Shown here in pieces: positions 1-9,484 of a stretch of DNA of 59,393 nucleotides (the stretch's first letter is position 1; every line of letters starts with the position of its first letter). The notes under the pieces are model-generated. The model did no database searches, was not told the DNA's origin, and saw only the letters and a list, made by a program, of their open reading frames with translations. The DNA lies in sequence record NC_011409.1; one strand, 5' to 3'. The position numbers and the translations under genes are program-made. The DNA comes from a plasmid.

Positions 1-65
1 ACACAAGGGATTTAAAATCCCTCGCCTTTCGAGGCGTGCCAGTTCAAGTCTGGCTTCGGGCACCA
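1..65 (+). tRNA. Partial tRNA-Leu(UAA), 3' portion (anticodon arm to CCA), acting as att core (attP/attL) of the element
   Basis: Folds as anticodon stem agggat/atccct with loop tttaaaa (anticodon TAA). A long variable arm (cgcc-tttcga-ggcg), a T-arm (gccag ttcaagt ctggc) and acceptor 3' ...gggcacca follow. The 5' half of the tRNA is absent, as expected for an ICE att site. Confidence 0.7.
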
Positions 66-140
66 TCTAATTCCAAACCAATAATCAGTACCTAGTCCAA
101 TACTTAACTTTAATTTTTAATTATCGTTAGGTGAGGAATT

Positions 141-977
141 ATGGACTTCTCTTCTGTTTCTAAAAAACCTTATATTATTACTGTCGCTTGTACTAAAGGC
201 GGTTCTGCAAAAAGTACAAATGCTGCCAATATTGGGGCGTTCTGCGCTGACCACGGTTTAAGAACTCTTCTTATTGATACTGATACTCAACCAACCTTAA
301 GCTCTTATTATGCTTTAACTGAAGAAGCTCCCGGTGGTATTTATGAGTTTTTAACCCGTCGTGATATTGAACCTTCCCATATCATTTCAAAAACATCCAT
401 TCCTAATTTGGATTTAATTCAATCAAATGACCCATCAAACAATGTAAGTCAAACTCTACGTAATGCCCCTGATGGTGCAATTCGATTTAGTCACTTAATT
501 AAAAACATTGATAATTATGATGTTATTGTGGTTGATACTCGAGGTACTAGAGACATTACTGTCGATATGTCTGTCTTAGCAGCTGACATCCTATTCTGCC
601 CTATTCTTCCACACATTCTTTCTGCGAAAGAATTTATCCGTGGAACTATCGGAATGTATCAAGATTTAGAAACCTTTGAATCATTTGGCTTCAAATTACC
701 GCCTCTCAAAGCTATCGCAAATTGCGTTGATAATACTAATGACGTGAAATTTGTACTCAATCAATTACACGTACTCTTTGAAACCAATTTTGATGAAAGC
801 AAAACCTTCCTTGATTTTTCAATCCCTGCGCATGTGGCATATAGAGAAGCTGCAACTTATTCATTGCCAGTTTATCGCCATAGCCAAGCTGAATATCCTG
901 TTATCAAAGAACTGTGTTGCTTGTTACTCCCTCAATTTAAAACACTTTTTGATAAACCAATGAAAAAGGAAGGCTAA
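141..977 (+). CDS. parA: ParA/Soj-family partition ATPase
   Basis: Deviant Walker A KGGSAKST at the N-terminus. Typical ParA length, with an RBS upstream. First gene next to the att site, as in ICEclc/ICEHin1056-type elements. Confidence 0.85.
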   Translation: MDFSSVSKKPYIITVACTKGGSAKSTNAANIGAFCADHGLRTLLIDTDTQPTLSSYYALTEEAPGGIYEFLTRRDIEPSHIISKTSIPNLDLIQSNDPSNNVSQTLRNAPDGAIRFSHLIKNIDNYDVIVVDTRGTRDITVDMSVLAADILFCPILPHILSAKEFIRGTIGMYQDLETFESFGFKLPPLKAIANCVDNTNDVKFVLNQLHVLFETNFDESKTFLDFSIPAHVAYREAATYSLPVYRHSQAEYPVIKELCCLLLPQFKTLFDKPMKKEG

Positions 978-978
978 T

Positions 979-2334
979 ATGACTGATAAACTTATTGCTT
1001 CTATTGAAGCGGAAAGTGCGGTCATTGGTGCTCTCATTATTGATAATGACAAATTTGATGAGATCGCAACTTTACTGCGCTCTGATGATTTTTATGTCTC
1101 AGCTCATAAAGTATTGTTTGAAGGTGTTAGCCATCTATTAACACAAGGAAAACCCGCTGATATTTTAACTTTGGAGCAGTATTTCAAAGATAAAAAACTG
1201 ATTGAGCAGATAGGGGGATTAGCATATCTAGCAGAAGTTATTCACAATACTCCTTCTGCATCAAATATCACTGCCTATGCTGAGATTATTTCTCGTTATA
1301 GCAAACAACGTCGTTTTTTGACCCTGGGCCAGTTTATTGTAACTGAAATGCAATCTTCAAAAGATGAAATTGAATTAACTTCTTTTGAGGAAAGTGTTGA
1401 TAAGCAATATACCAATATTGTCATCGAACAAGAGACGGATGGTGTTGCTGATCTTAATGCAAGTTTCGAGCGAATCCTTTCTCGCATGGAAACGTCCTCT
1501 ATTAATGCCGATCCAGTTAGTGGAACACCAACAGGCATTATTGAATTAGATAGAGCAACAACAGGCGGTCAACCAGGAGAACTTATCATTATTGCAGCTC
1601 GTCCAGCAATGGGTAAAACAACCTTTGCACAAACAATTGCCGCAAGTACGTTAGATAAATTTCCTGACAGCCCTATCCAATTTTACAGTCAAGAAATGCC
1701 AGCTGATCAACTATTAGAACGTTTTATGGCAATGCGCTCTCGCGTCAGCTTGCAATCTATTCGTCAAGCGACTGAGCTTGAAGAGGAAGAATGGACTCGC
1801 CTTGCTAATGCAATGGGAACAATTAAAAAAGACTGGAAAGGTCGTTTGTTAATTGATGATGAAGCTTCTTTAACACCTCATCGTTTACGCGCCAAAGTAC
1901 GTAAAAACACTCGTCTATACGGCAAACCTAAAGCGATTTTCATTGATTATATCCAACTAATGAGAACTGGAAATAAAACTGAAAATCGCAATTTAGAACT
2001 TGCCGAAATATCCAATGATTTAAAGAAATTAGCCAAAGAAACTGGATGCCCAATTTATGCATTATCTCAACTAAACCGAGGTTTAGAAAATCGAGCTAAT
2101 AAGCGTCCAATCAATGCCGACTTACGTGACTCCGGCTCTCTTGAACAAGATGCTGATGTCATCATTCATCTTTATAGAGATGAAATCTATAACCCTGACA
2201 CAGAAGATAAAGGCATTGCGGAAATCATCATTGGTAAACAGCGTAATGGCCCGTTAGCCACAGTAAAAACACTGTTTCAAGGTCAATACAGCATTTTTGA
2301 GAATTTAACGACACAGGATAGATATTATGAATAA
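979..2334 (+). CDS. DnaB-like replicative DNA helicase
   Basis: DnaB N-terminal domain plus a RecA-like C-terminal domain with Walker A AARPAMGKTTFA. Start codon overlaps the parA stop. Confidence 0.8.
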   Translation: MTDKLIASIEAESAVIGALIIDNDKFDEIATLLRSDDFYVSAHKVLFEGVSHLLTQGKPADILTLEQYFKDKKLIEQIGGLAYLAEVIHNTPSASNITAYAEIISRYSKQRRFLTLGQFIVTEMQSSKDEIELTSFEESVDKQYTNIVIEQETDGVADLNASFERILSRMETSSINADPVSGTPTGIIELDRATTGGQPGELIIIAARPAMGKTTFAQTIAASTLDKFPDSPIQFYSQEMPADQLLERFMAMRSRVSLQSIRQATELEEEEWTRLANAMGTIKKDWKGRLLIDDEASLTPHRLRAKVRKNTRLYGKPKAIFIDYIQLMRTGNKTENRNLELAEISNDLKKLAKETGCPIYALSQLNRGLENRANKRPINADLRDSGSLEQDADVIIHLYRDEIYNPDTEDKGIAEIIIGKQRNGPLATVKTLFQGQYSIFENLTTQDRYYE

Positions 2335-4015
2335 TCCATTTATTGCTAAAAATAAAAAACAACAAAGTCAATTAGACGCGATTGCGAAAGGATTAAATGT
2401 TCAACCTATTAATAATCAGTCTGCTGCTTATCAAACAACAACAGCAACACATTATCCTGCGCAATCTAAATACATTACCGTTACGTTAGATAAATTACGC
2501 CCTTATGAACACAACCCTCGTAAGACACGTAATCCTAACTTTGAAATGATTAAAGAGTCAATTCGTCGTCGTGGTCTTGATCATAAACCAAATATCACTC
2601 AACGACCTGGCGAACCTTTTTATATCATCGCTGACGGTGGGAATACTCGTATTCAAGCATTAAAAGAACTGTTTACAGAGACTCAAGATCAACGTTTTTG
2701 GTCTATTGAATGCTTATATAAACCCTGGAAAGGTGAAAGTGCTGATAGTGTAGAAGCGGAATTAGATTTGCTTATTGGTCATTTAATTGAAAATGATACA
2801 CGTGCAGATTTAACCTTTATTGAGAAAGCGTTGGGAATTCAGCAAGCGAAAGAATACTACGAGAAAAAGTTAGGAAAAGCACTTTCTTCTCGTGAACTAT
2901 CTACTGAGTTAGAAAAAGACGGATATATCATATCTCATACTTTAATTGCCAAGATGGAAAAGTGCATAAACTTCCTATATCCATATATTCCTGATGTGTT
3001 ATTTAATGGTCTAGGTCATGCGCCAATTGATAAATTGCTTGCGATTCGTAATAACGCCTTAGCCATTTGGCAAAATTATCAATTTGAATTAGATGTGACC
3101 TTTGATGAAATTTGGGGACACAGCCTAGCTCGTTGTAATGATGACCAACCGTTTCATATCAAAGTCTTCCAAGACCATCTCATTGATGAAATGTCATCTA
3201 TGTTAGGTGATCGTGTAAGTTATGAAGTCCTTTACCTTGAAATTGATCTCGATGAGCAAAAATTCAAGAAAATGGCGCAAAAACAACACGAAATACAGCA
3301 AAGCGTACAAGAAAGTATCCAAGATGTTCAAGCGTTTAATACACCTCAGCCACAAGAAACCGTATTAGATACATTATCTCAACCTAGTGTAGTCACTACT
3401 CCAAAAATGACTACTACTGAAAAAAAATCAATACCTGCGCCAGTATTAAAGCAAGCAAGTGTTGAAATTTCTCCTTCATTTGAGAATGAAACAGAGGATG
3501 AAGAGTTTGATGAAACTAATGCTAATTCAGAAGGGCTTTCTTTTGATTTTGCTAAAAATTTAACTCAACAATTTGGCATTACTCCTGGCATGAGCATTCA
3601 GGAGCAACGCCAACAACGTGCAGAAGAAAATGGATTAGGCTTTGCTTGCGTAGGCCGTCAACCAGTTGATGATATTTGGAAAATTTATCCTGGTCGTCAG
3701 CATAAAGTAGAAGCTTATTCACTAGCACTCGACATTGCGGAAAGTGTTGGATTAACTGACTACATTGAACATGTAGTAAAAGAGCCTGTTGATTACACTT
3801 ACCGCGTAAAACCATTAGATAAAGATGTGAGCGGTGTAGCACAGATGTGTTATGACTTCTTAAATTTATTACAAACAGATGTGCACCCACAGACATCTTT
3901 CACCTTATTACCGGAATATTTACTCAATACTCAAGAAATTGATGATACCACGCTAGTTAAATTATTCCGTTTAATTCGCCTCGTTCGCTATATTCGTTCA
4001 GAAGGAGATGCATAA
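2327..4015 (+). CDS. parB: ParB-like nuclease domain protein (ICE ParB homologue)
   Basis: ParB/Srx N-terminal motif region (..RPYEHNPR.., ..ADGGNTRIQAL..). Translationally coupled to the preceding helicase gene. Confidence 0.65.
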   Translation: MNNPFIAKNKKQQSQLDAIAKGLNVQPINNQSAAYQTTTATHYPAQSKYITVTLDKLRPYEHNPRKTRNPNFEMIKESIRRRGLDHKPNITQRPGEPFYIIADGGNTRIQALKELFTETQDQRFWSIECLYKPWKGESADSVEAELDLLIGHLIENDTRADLTFIEKALGIQQAKEYYEKKLGKALSSRELSTELEKDGYIISHTLIAKMEKCINFLYPYIPDVLFNGLGHAPIDKLLAIRNNALAIWQNYQFELDVTFDEIWGHSLARCNDDQPFHIKVFQDHLIDEMSSMLGDRVSYEVLYLEIDLDEQKFKKMAQKQHEIQQSVQESIQDVQAFNTPQPQETVLDTLSQPSVVTTPKMTTTEKKSIPAPVLKQASVEISPSFENETEDEEFDETNANSEGLSFDFAKNLTQQFGITPGMSIQEQRQQRAEENGLGFACVGRQPVDDIWKIYPGRQHKVEAYSLALDIAESVGLTDYIEHVVKEPVDYTYRVKPLDKDVSGVAQMCYDFLNLLQTDVHPQTSFTLLPEYLLNTQEIDDTTLVKLFRLIRLVRYIRSEGDA

Positions 4016-4566
4016 TGAGCATGTTCAGCAATTTAAACCAAGTGGTATTGAATGAGATTTTGGTTAATTTACAAGAAGGCAATATCAATGTTTGCCGGAA
4101 CTATGGTTTCTCAAAACAAGAATTGCAAGAAATTGAAAAACTCAGCACAGAGGAAGTTTATGAACTGGCTAACACCAAAGCTCCCTTTGCCAAAGTTGAA
4201 ATTAATCACGATGCATTTTGGCGATTAGTGGCTCGAGTACGCATGTCGTCACAAGAACGTCGCCTTATTGATCGCGCATTAATGTTAGGTGCATCCATCC
4301 AAATGCTCAATTCCTACTTCGGCTTAACCACTTCAAAAGTATCTGCTCGTCGTAGCCTACTTGGAAAACAAGAACCAATGGGACGTAAGCCAGCTGCAAC
4401 CGAAGAGGAAGAAAAATTAATTTGGGACTTATGGCAAGAGCATAAAGGTGATGTTCAAACAATTGAATCAACAGAAGGACTAGAGCTGTTAATTTTAATT
4501 GCGGAAGAAACCGGTATTAATTTAACTGAAATTTGGAAACTTGTTAGCCGCTGGAATGCAGCTTAA
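4015..4566 (+). CDS. Hypothetical protein (ICE core, conserved unknown)
   Basis: Start overlaps the parB stop (ATAATG). Followed by a 10-bp-stem hairpin (aacgcccaac...gttgggcgtt) at 4572-4608. Confidence 0.6.
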   Translation: MSMFSNLNQVVLNEILVNLQEGNINVCRNYGFSKQELQEIEKLSTEEVYELANTKAPFAKVEINHDAFWRLVARVRMSSQERRLIDRALMLGASIQMLNSYFGLTTSKVSARRSLLGKQEPMGRKPAATEEEEKLIWDLWQEHKGDVQTIESTEGLELLILIAEETGINLTEIWKLVSRWNAA

Positions 4567-4715
4567 AAAACATAACGCCCAACCTAGTGCGTTACGTTAA
4601 GTTGGGCGTTATTCATATCGTTAGTAAGGAACTTGGGAAAGTTCATTGGCTATTGTAAAGATGTTTAAGCACATTGCAACAATAAAAATGAAATATTCTC
4701 AGAGAGAATTAAATT

Positions 4716-5939
4716 ATGGAAACAAAATTACAAGAGCATGGGTTGCTCTTTTTTGGCAACCAGCATGAAACAGTTCCAACCCGTTTGCTATTTGATCCTT
4801 ATTTAACATCAAGAGCAAAATTGGCATGGCAACTTATAAAATACAAAGCAAGAGAATTTCAATCAGGCATGTTCCCATCATACGAAGTGCTTGCAAAATT
4901 ACTTTCAGATAAACCTTATGATGAAGCAGAACTCTCGCGTAAGCTAGTTAGCCAAACGTTGTTATTACTTAGATTAACTCGTTGGCTAACACTTTGTGAA
5001 ACTGTACGTAATGAGCAAGGTCAAGTATTGGGTAATTTTTACATCCTTCATGATGAACCTATGCCAATCATTGATACGATTCAATTAAACCATGATTACA
5101 TCGCACTCCTTGAAAAATCCATTCAGCATCGAGATAACTTTGTGCGAGGTGTAGCAAACCATATTGTAGAAAACCTGCTCTCGGATAATACTCAGTGGCA
5201 TTATATTTCTCACATTGATTGGATGCGAGCTCGCCTTCAAGACTATCAAAAACGTCCAAAAATGGATATTTCAGAGCAAGAAGAATCAACATTTATTCAA
5301 GAAAACTTACTAAGTTCCAATAAGGAACTCAATGAAAAAACAGGGGAACTCAGTAAAAATAACCTTAGTTCCAAAATGGAACTCAGTAAAATCAAGCAGA
5401 GTTCCAAAAGGGAACTCAGTGCCCAAAATGATGATAAGTCATTGATTTCAGGCTTAGTTCCAAAAGGGAACTCAGGTTTTTCACAGTACAGTACAAGTAC
5501 TAGTATTTATATAAATACGTACTGTACTGGTAATGTGGATGAAATTGACTGGCCGACTAATATTCAGTTTTCATCATTGGAAAAAACAGCAATTATGCAA
5601 GCAATGCGTGGACTTGATTTAGGAATCTGTAAAGCGATTTTATTTGAGCTTGAACAGCGTGTGGCAAAAGGTGAAGTGAAAAAACCACAAGGCTATGTAG
5701 TGACATTAATCCAACGTGCACACCGTGGTGAATTTAAACCATATTTGTATGAACAATTTTTGGCTACACAAGCGCAATCATTATCATCAAAAAATCGGTT
5801 ATCACAACATGATGAAACTAGCTTAGTTAATAATGTGAAAGCCGATAGCGCAATAAAACCAATGCGAGTGCAATCTGAAGAAGAGCGAAAAGCGAGAGCT
5901 GATCGCATTCGACAATTTAAGGCTTCAATTTGCAATTGA
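4716..5939 (+). CDS. Hypothetical protein with internal S/K/E-rich repeat region encoded by an embedded palindrome array
   Basis: 407-aa ORF with an RBS (gagaga..atg). The central region contains four copies of the palindrome AGTTCC-AAA(A/T)G-GGAACT at ~5312, 5367, 5400 and 5456. Confidence 0.6.
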   Translation: METKLQEHGLLFFGNQHETVPTRLLFDPYLTSRAKLAWQLIKYKAREFQSGMFPSYEVLAKLLSDKPYDEAELSRKLVSQTLLLLRLTRWLTLCETVRNEQGQVLGNFYILHDEPMPIIDTIQLNHDYIALLEKSIQHRDNFVRGVANHIVENLLSDNTQWHYISHIDWMRARLQDYQKRPKMDISEQEESTFIQENLLSSNKELNEKTGELSKNNLSSKMELSKIKQSSKRELSAQNDDKSLISGLVPKGNSGFSQYSTSTSIYINTYCTGNVDEIDWPTNIQFSSLEKTAIMQAMRGLDLGICKAILFELEQRVAKGEVKKPQGYVVTLIQRAHRGEFKPYLYEQFLATQAQSLSSKNRLSQHDETSLVNNVKADSAIKPMRVQSEEERKARADRIRQFKASICN

Positions 5940-5973
5940 ATAAGCTGTATAAAAAGTGAATAGTATAGAAGGA

Positions 5974-6146
5974 TTCTACAAAGTACAAAAATTAACCACT
6001 GTAAAGGGGCTTTACAAAGTACAAAAATTAACCACTGTAAAGGGGCTTTACAAAGTACAAATTTTAACCAGTGTGCTAGGGTTGCACGGTGAACAAAAAT
6101 TAACCACTGTAAAGGGGCTTTACAAAGTACAAATTTTAACCAAATG
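5974..6146. repeat. Tandem ~36-bp direct repeats (3-4 units), each bounded by the inverted pair CTTTACA...TGTAAAG
   Basis: Unit ctttacaaagtacaaaaattaaccactgtaaagggg, repeated at 5974, 6010, 6046 and 6118. The third unit is extended by ~36 bp and the last is partial. The array lies just upstream of gene 6164. Confidence 0.9.
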
Positions 6147-6163
6147 ATAAAAGGTGACATAAC

Positions 6164-6919
6164 ATGACAACAACATACAACCAACAACTTGGGCCGTTAC
6201 GCAGTGAGATTACATTTACGCTTCATACCCAGTATGCAACTCGTCTTTGGAATGGTCGTGACTTAGTTAAAAATGAAGCAGGTGAAGTCGTTACATCATC
6301 AATTCTCAGTATTCCTAATGCTCTATCTCTATTGAGCCAAATTCAGCAAGCTGCTGAACAAGATGATCCTTATGCTGATGATTATCTACTTCGTTTTGAA
6401 CAAAAAGTCTTAGGATTTCGTAAAGAAATGCAAGATATGACCTGGAGAATGGTTAATCTCTACAGTGAGAAAATCCCTGAAAACTTTCAAATTGAGCGTT
6501 GCGCCAATATTGCTCCGATTCAATACCCTATTTTTGTGAATACTCAGCTGGGTTATCAATTATTGTATCTTTTGGCTGACTTTGATTCGTTAGCTCGTAC
6601 AGTGATGACCGCTTCACATATTGCATTACTTACAAAAGATGATGCGTATGATTGGTTAGAATCCGGTGCTAAATTAATTCGTCGTGCATTTGGTGTGCTT
6701 GAGAATTACCGAAATTCCGGTATTACACGCCAAGATGCGCTTGAAAATAACGCTCGCTATCAAGCTGCTGTAAAACGTATGAAATATACCTTAACGCCTG
6801 ACGTGCTTTCCGGTACAACACGTGCAACATTTGCTCCAACAATTAAAAAATCATCACTTGCTGAATCAGATGATAATGGCTCTGTTGAAGTCCAAATTAC
6901 AGCAAATAAAACTGAATAA
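6164..6919 (+). CDS. Hypothetical protein (ICE core)
   Basis: 251-aa ORF with RBS aaaaggtga upstream. Start follows the repeat array. Confidence 0.6.
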   Translation: MTTTYNQQLGPLRSEITFTLHTQYATRLWNGRDLVKNEAGEVVTSSILSIPNALSLLSQIQQAAEQDDPYADDYLLRFEQKVLGFRKEMQDMTWRMVNLYSEKIPENFQIERCANIAPIQYPIFVNTQLGYQLLYLLADFDSLARTVMTASHIALLTKDDAYDWLESGAKLIRRAFGVLENYRNSGITRQDALENNARYQAAVKRMKYTLTPDVLSGTTRATFAPTIKKSSLAESDDNGSVEVQITANKTE

Positions 6920-7407
6920 TGGAGATTGGGATTATGGATAACGTGCTCATTCCTTCTGATATGTATAAACAATTAGGACGCACAACCCCACTTAATGACT
7001 CGCTGAAACAGTTATTCAGTGAGTTAGACTCAGTGCAACAGTATGAATTACTAGCTGAATCCCTTGCTACAGTCCGTGAAGCTTTAATGTTGCAGCAGAA
7101 TGAAATGTTGCAGAACGTTCGTAAAAGTGAACTTAGTGTATTACCTATTCACATGATCCGAGATAAAGCATCATCATCCGGTGGGACGTTTTTACGCTGG
7201 CGCAGTTTTCAAGCCTCTAAGACTGGTGATGCTGTGTTAAATCCGGTATTTAATAATCCTCAGTTATCTTCAGACTTACGACAAAAACTTGTCTCAGCTG
7301 AGAAAGAACGCATTTTGATTAATCTGCAGGTCTCCGTACTAAATTTTATGATGAGACAGGTATCAAGTGCGGTAGATAAAATTAAAGAGATAGAAGATCA
7401 TTTATAA
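6919..7407 (+). CDS. Hypothetical protein
   Basis: ATAATG overlap with the upstream gene. 162 aa. Confidence 0.55.
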   Translation: MEIGIMDNVLIPSDMYKQLGRTTPLNDSLKQLFSELDSVQQYELLAESLATVREALMLQQNEMLQNVRKSELSVLPIHMIRDKASSSGGTFLRWRSFQASKTGDAVLNPVFNNPQLSSDLRQKLVSAEKERILINLQVSVLNFMMRQVSSAVDKIKEIEDHL

Positions 7408-7653
7408 CATTCACATTTGTGAACGTTGGATCTTCTAGTTTGTAATCGGCTAATTTATATAGTTTGTGATCGGCTCACTAAAAGGCCTTTTAAAGGTAAG
7501 GGGACAAGCCCCTTACCTTAACGAAAAAAAAGCCTTTGCCTTTCGTGGTTGTGTTAAAAAATCTCTGTGTTTTTTACTGAATTTACCCTTAAGGATTAGA
7601 TGTAAAAAATGCACAATCTTGACAGTTAATTTTGTGATTTAGGAGAAATCAAT

Positions 7654-8076
7654 ATGGCTGGAATTAATAAAGTAATTATCGTGGGACATTTAGGTAATGA
7701 TCCTGAAATGCGAAGCATGCCGAATGGTGAGGCAGTTGCAAATATCAGTGTAGCAACTAGCGAAGCTTGGACGGATAAAAACACCGGTGAACGTCGTGAA
7801 GTGACTGAATGGCATCGAATCGTTTTTTATCGCAAATTAGATGAAATTTGCGGTCAATACCTCAAGAAGGGAGCTCAAGTCTATATTGAAGGTCGCTTAC
7901 GTACTCGTAAATGGCAAGATCAAAACGGGCAAGATCGTTATACCACGGAAATCCAAGGTGATGTAATGCAAATGTTAGGTACTCGCCCTCAAAGTGCAGA
8001 TGGTGCAAATAATTCTCAGCCAATGCCACAACAAGATGCATCGGCAAATACTTTTGATGATTCAATACCATTCTGA
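7654..8076 (+). CDS. ssb: Single-stranded DNA-binding protein
   Basis: OB-fold SSB N-terminus ([18 protein letters not shown]..., ..TEWHRIV..) and acidic C-terminal tail DDSIPF. RBS aggagaaatcaatATG. Confidence 0.9.
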   Translation: MAGINKVIIVGHLGNDPEMRSMPNGEAVANISVATSEAWTDKNTGERREVTEWHRIVFYRKLDEICGQYLKKGAQVYIEGRLRTRKWQDQNGQDRYTTEIQGDVMQMLGTRPQSADGANNSQPMPQQDASANTFDDSIPF

Positions 8077-8099
8077 ACTCAATCTAATTAAGGTTAATT

Positions 8100-8621
8100 G
8101 TGATGAAAAAAATAATTTTTGTTTTATCTGCCGTCGCTGCTTTAAGTGGTTGTGCTGAATTAAACTCATTGAATGATGCGGTTGGTAATGTTGCAGGTCA
8201 GCTCAGCAGTGTTCTTGGTGGGGGGAATAGTTCCTCTAGTTCTTCTGGTGTGGCTTACACTCAAAGTTCTCGTTCTCATCGCTATAACGTAGAGGATTCA
8301 ATTACATCATCTAAAAATATTGATTCTCTTTACGTAAAAATTAAGCGTAATTTAAAATTCAAAACTAGGGATGAAGCATTAAGTGGATTATCCGGGTATG
8401 AGCGTCAACGTTACGAATCGCTTTTAGATGAAGAAGGACATGCTCATGAAGCGACTCCTGGGGTCTATTATCACATGGCAAATAGCTATGTTGGCGGTCG
8501 AAAAATTGACATAACGCTTGCAAAAGAGGATGGCAAGGTTAGAATTTCCTGGATTGCTTCCTCAAACGAGTCTGATTTTGCTCAGTTTGTTAAATCAGAA
8601 GTGATAAAAGCAATAAAATAA
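8100..8621 (+). CDS. Lipoprotein
   Basis: Signal peptide with lipobox LSGC. Confidence 0.6.
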   Translation: MMKKIIFVLSAVAALSGCAELNSLNDAVGNVAGQLSSVLGGGNSSSSSSGVAYTQSSRSHRYNVEDSITSSKNIDSLYVKIKRNLKFKTRDEALSGLSGYERQRYESLLDEEGHAHEATPGVYYHMANSYVGGRKIDITLAKEDGKVRISWIASSNESDFAQFVKSEVIKAIK

Positions 8622-8669
8622 TACGACAATATAAACATAGTGTAGGTAATCAATACCTCATTCTCCTTT

Positions 8670-8697
8670 GCCCCAACCTTAGTGGGGCTTTTTTTAT
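8670..8697 (+). terminator. Rho-independent terminator after the ssb-lipoprotein unit
   Basis: Stem gcccca-accttag-tggggc followed by T8. Confidence 0.7.
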
Positions 8698-8836
8698 TTA
8701 AGTTATTTTTAAATTTCAATACCGATAATAACGATTATTTTGTATGATAGATAACGAAACAAATTTGTTTTTTGAGATCCATCCAAACTTTTCCTTTTCC
8801 TCATATTGTTTAATATCTCAAGCGTTTACCCCTTGG

Positions 8837-9394
8837 TTACAAGGGGTATTTTTCTCCTGTAATAGCAAAATATAAATTAAGTGGCTCAAAATGAAGTGAA
8901 GATAATGGGCTTGCATACTTTGACAGAATTTTAGCTTTCTCTTTATGGTTTCTAATCAAAATAGGAAACTCCTTTACACCATTTGCAAGCAACCAAAGCG
9001 TTCTTGTCATACCATCATTAAGACTACAGCTTATTTCTCCATCTTTAATATGAACATTCACATCTGCAAGTGGAACCGGAGAATCTATACTGTTAGCAAA
9101 TCCGTTTTCAGCATGATGAAACTTATAATCTTTTCTCCATGTTGACTCATCGCCCGCACATGTATTTTTATCTACCTCATACGGTGATCGCTGCCATAAA
9201 GGAAGAAACTTTTGAGCATCTACGATGACAATCATGTTCTCTTGATTAGCCATATTTTCAATATGCTGTGGATAACGCATATACACGACTTTTTGCTCTC
9301 TCGTTTTCATTCTAAAAATAATATATTTATCTCGACCTGAATATCTAAGCGTATCAACCATCACACCAATTGATGAAGGGGTCAGTTTTATCAT
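8837..9394 (-). CDS. Hypothetical protein
   Basis: 185-aa ORF on the minus strand, opposite in orientation to its neighbours. No motif recognised. Confidence 0.5.
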   Translation of the reverse strand: MIKLTPSSIGVMVDTLRYSGRDKYIIFRMKTREQKVVYMRYPQHIENMANQENMIVIVDAQKFLPLWQRSPYEVDKNTCAGDESTWRKDYKFHHAENGFANSIDSPVPLADVNVHIKDGEISCSLNDGMTRTLWLLANGVKEFPILIRNHKEKAKILSKYASPLSSLHFEPLNLYFAITGEKYPL

Positions 9395-9484
9395 GATTTA
9401 CTCCTCAATTTAAAAAGAATTCCTAATTGTGGTTTATCTTATTACATCGAAAATATCTCTCAAATATCAATGAGAGAAAACATC

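Noticed and set aside
1296..1538. Antisense ORFs inside backbone genes (1296..1538, 3579..3896, 5068..5292, 6760..6972, 7862..8071, 8945..9145, 10962..11500 minus-strand ORFs, 31091..31351, 32360..32608, 36193..36465, 36843..38197 minus-strand set, 38399..38656, 40986..41168, 42297..42563, 45084..45781 plus-strand set, 46281..46505, 46913..47197, 48321..48597, 50051..50233)
   Set aside because: Each lies wholly within a longer, well-supported gene on the opposite strand and lacks an RBS and any motif. Treated as chance ORFs.
5693..6187. ORFs 5693..6187 (-) and 5956..6147 (+) covering the 36-bp tandem repeats
   Set aside because: Their peptides are repeated because the DNA is repeated (KAPLQWLIFVLC... 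x3). There is no RBS, and they overlap an intergenic repeat array and the 3' end of a real gene. These are artefacts of the repeats.
7479..7520. Hairpins aaaaggcctttt and aaggtaagggg-acaa-ccccttacctt after gene 6919..7407 as a Rho-independent terminator
   Set aside because: The strong stem is followed by an A-run on the plus strand and preceded by a T-run when read on the minus strand. This fits neither strand as a canonical intrinsic terminator. It may be a protein-binding or processing hairpin, left uncalled.
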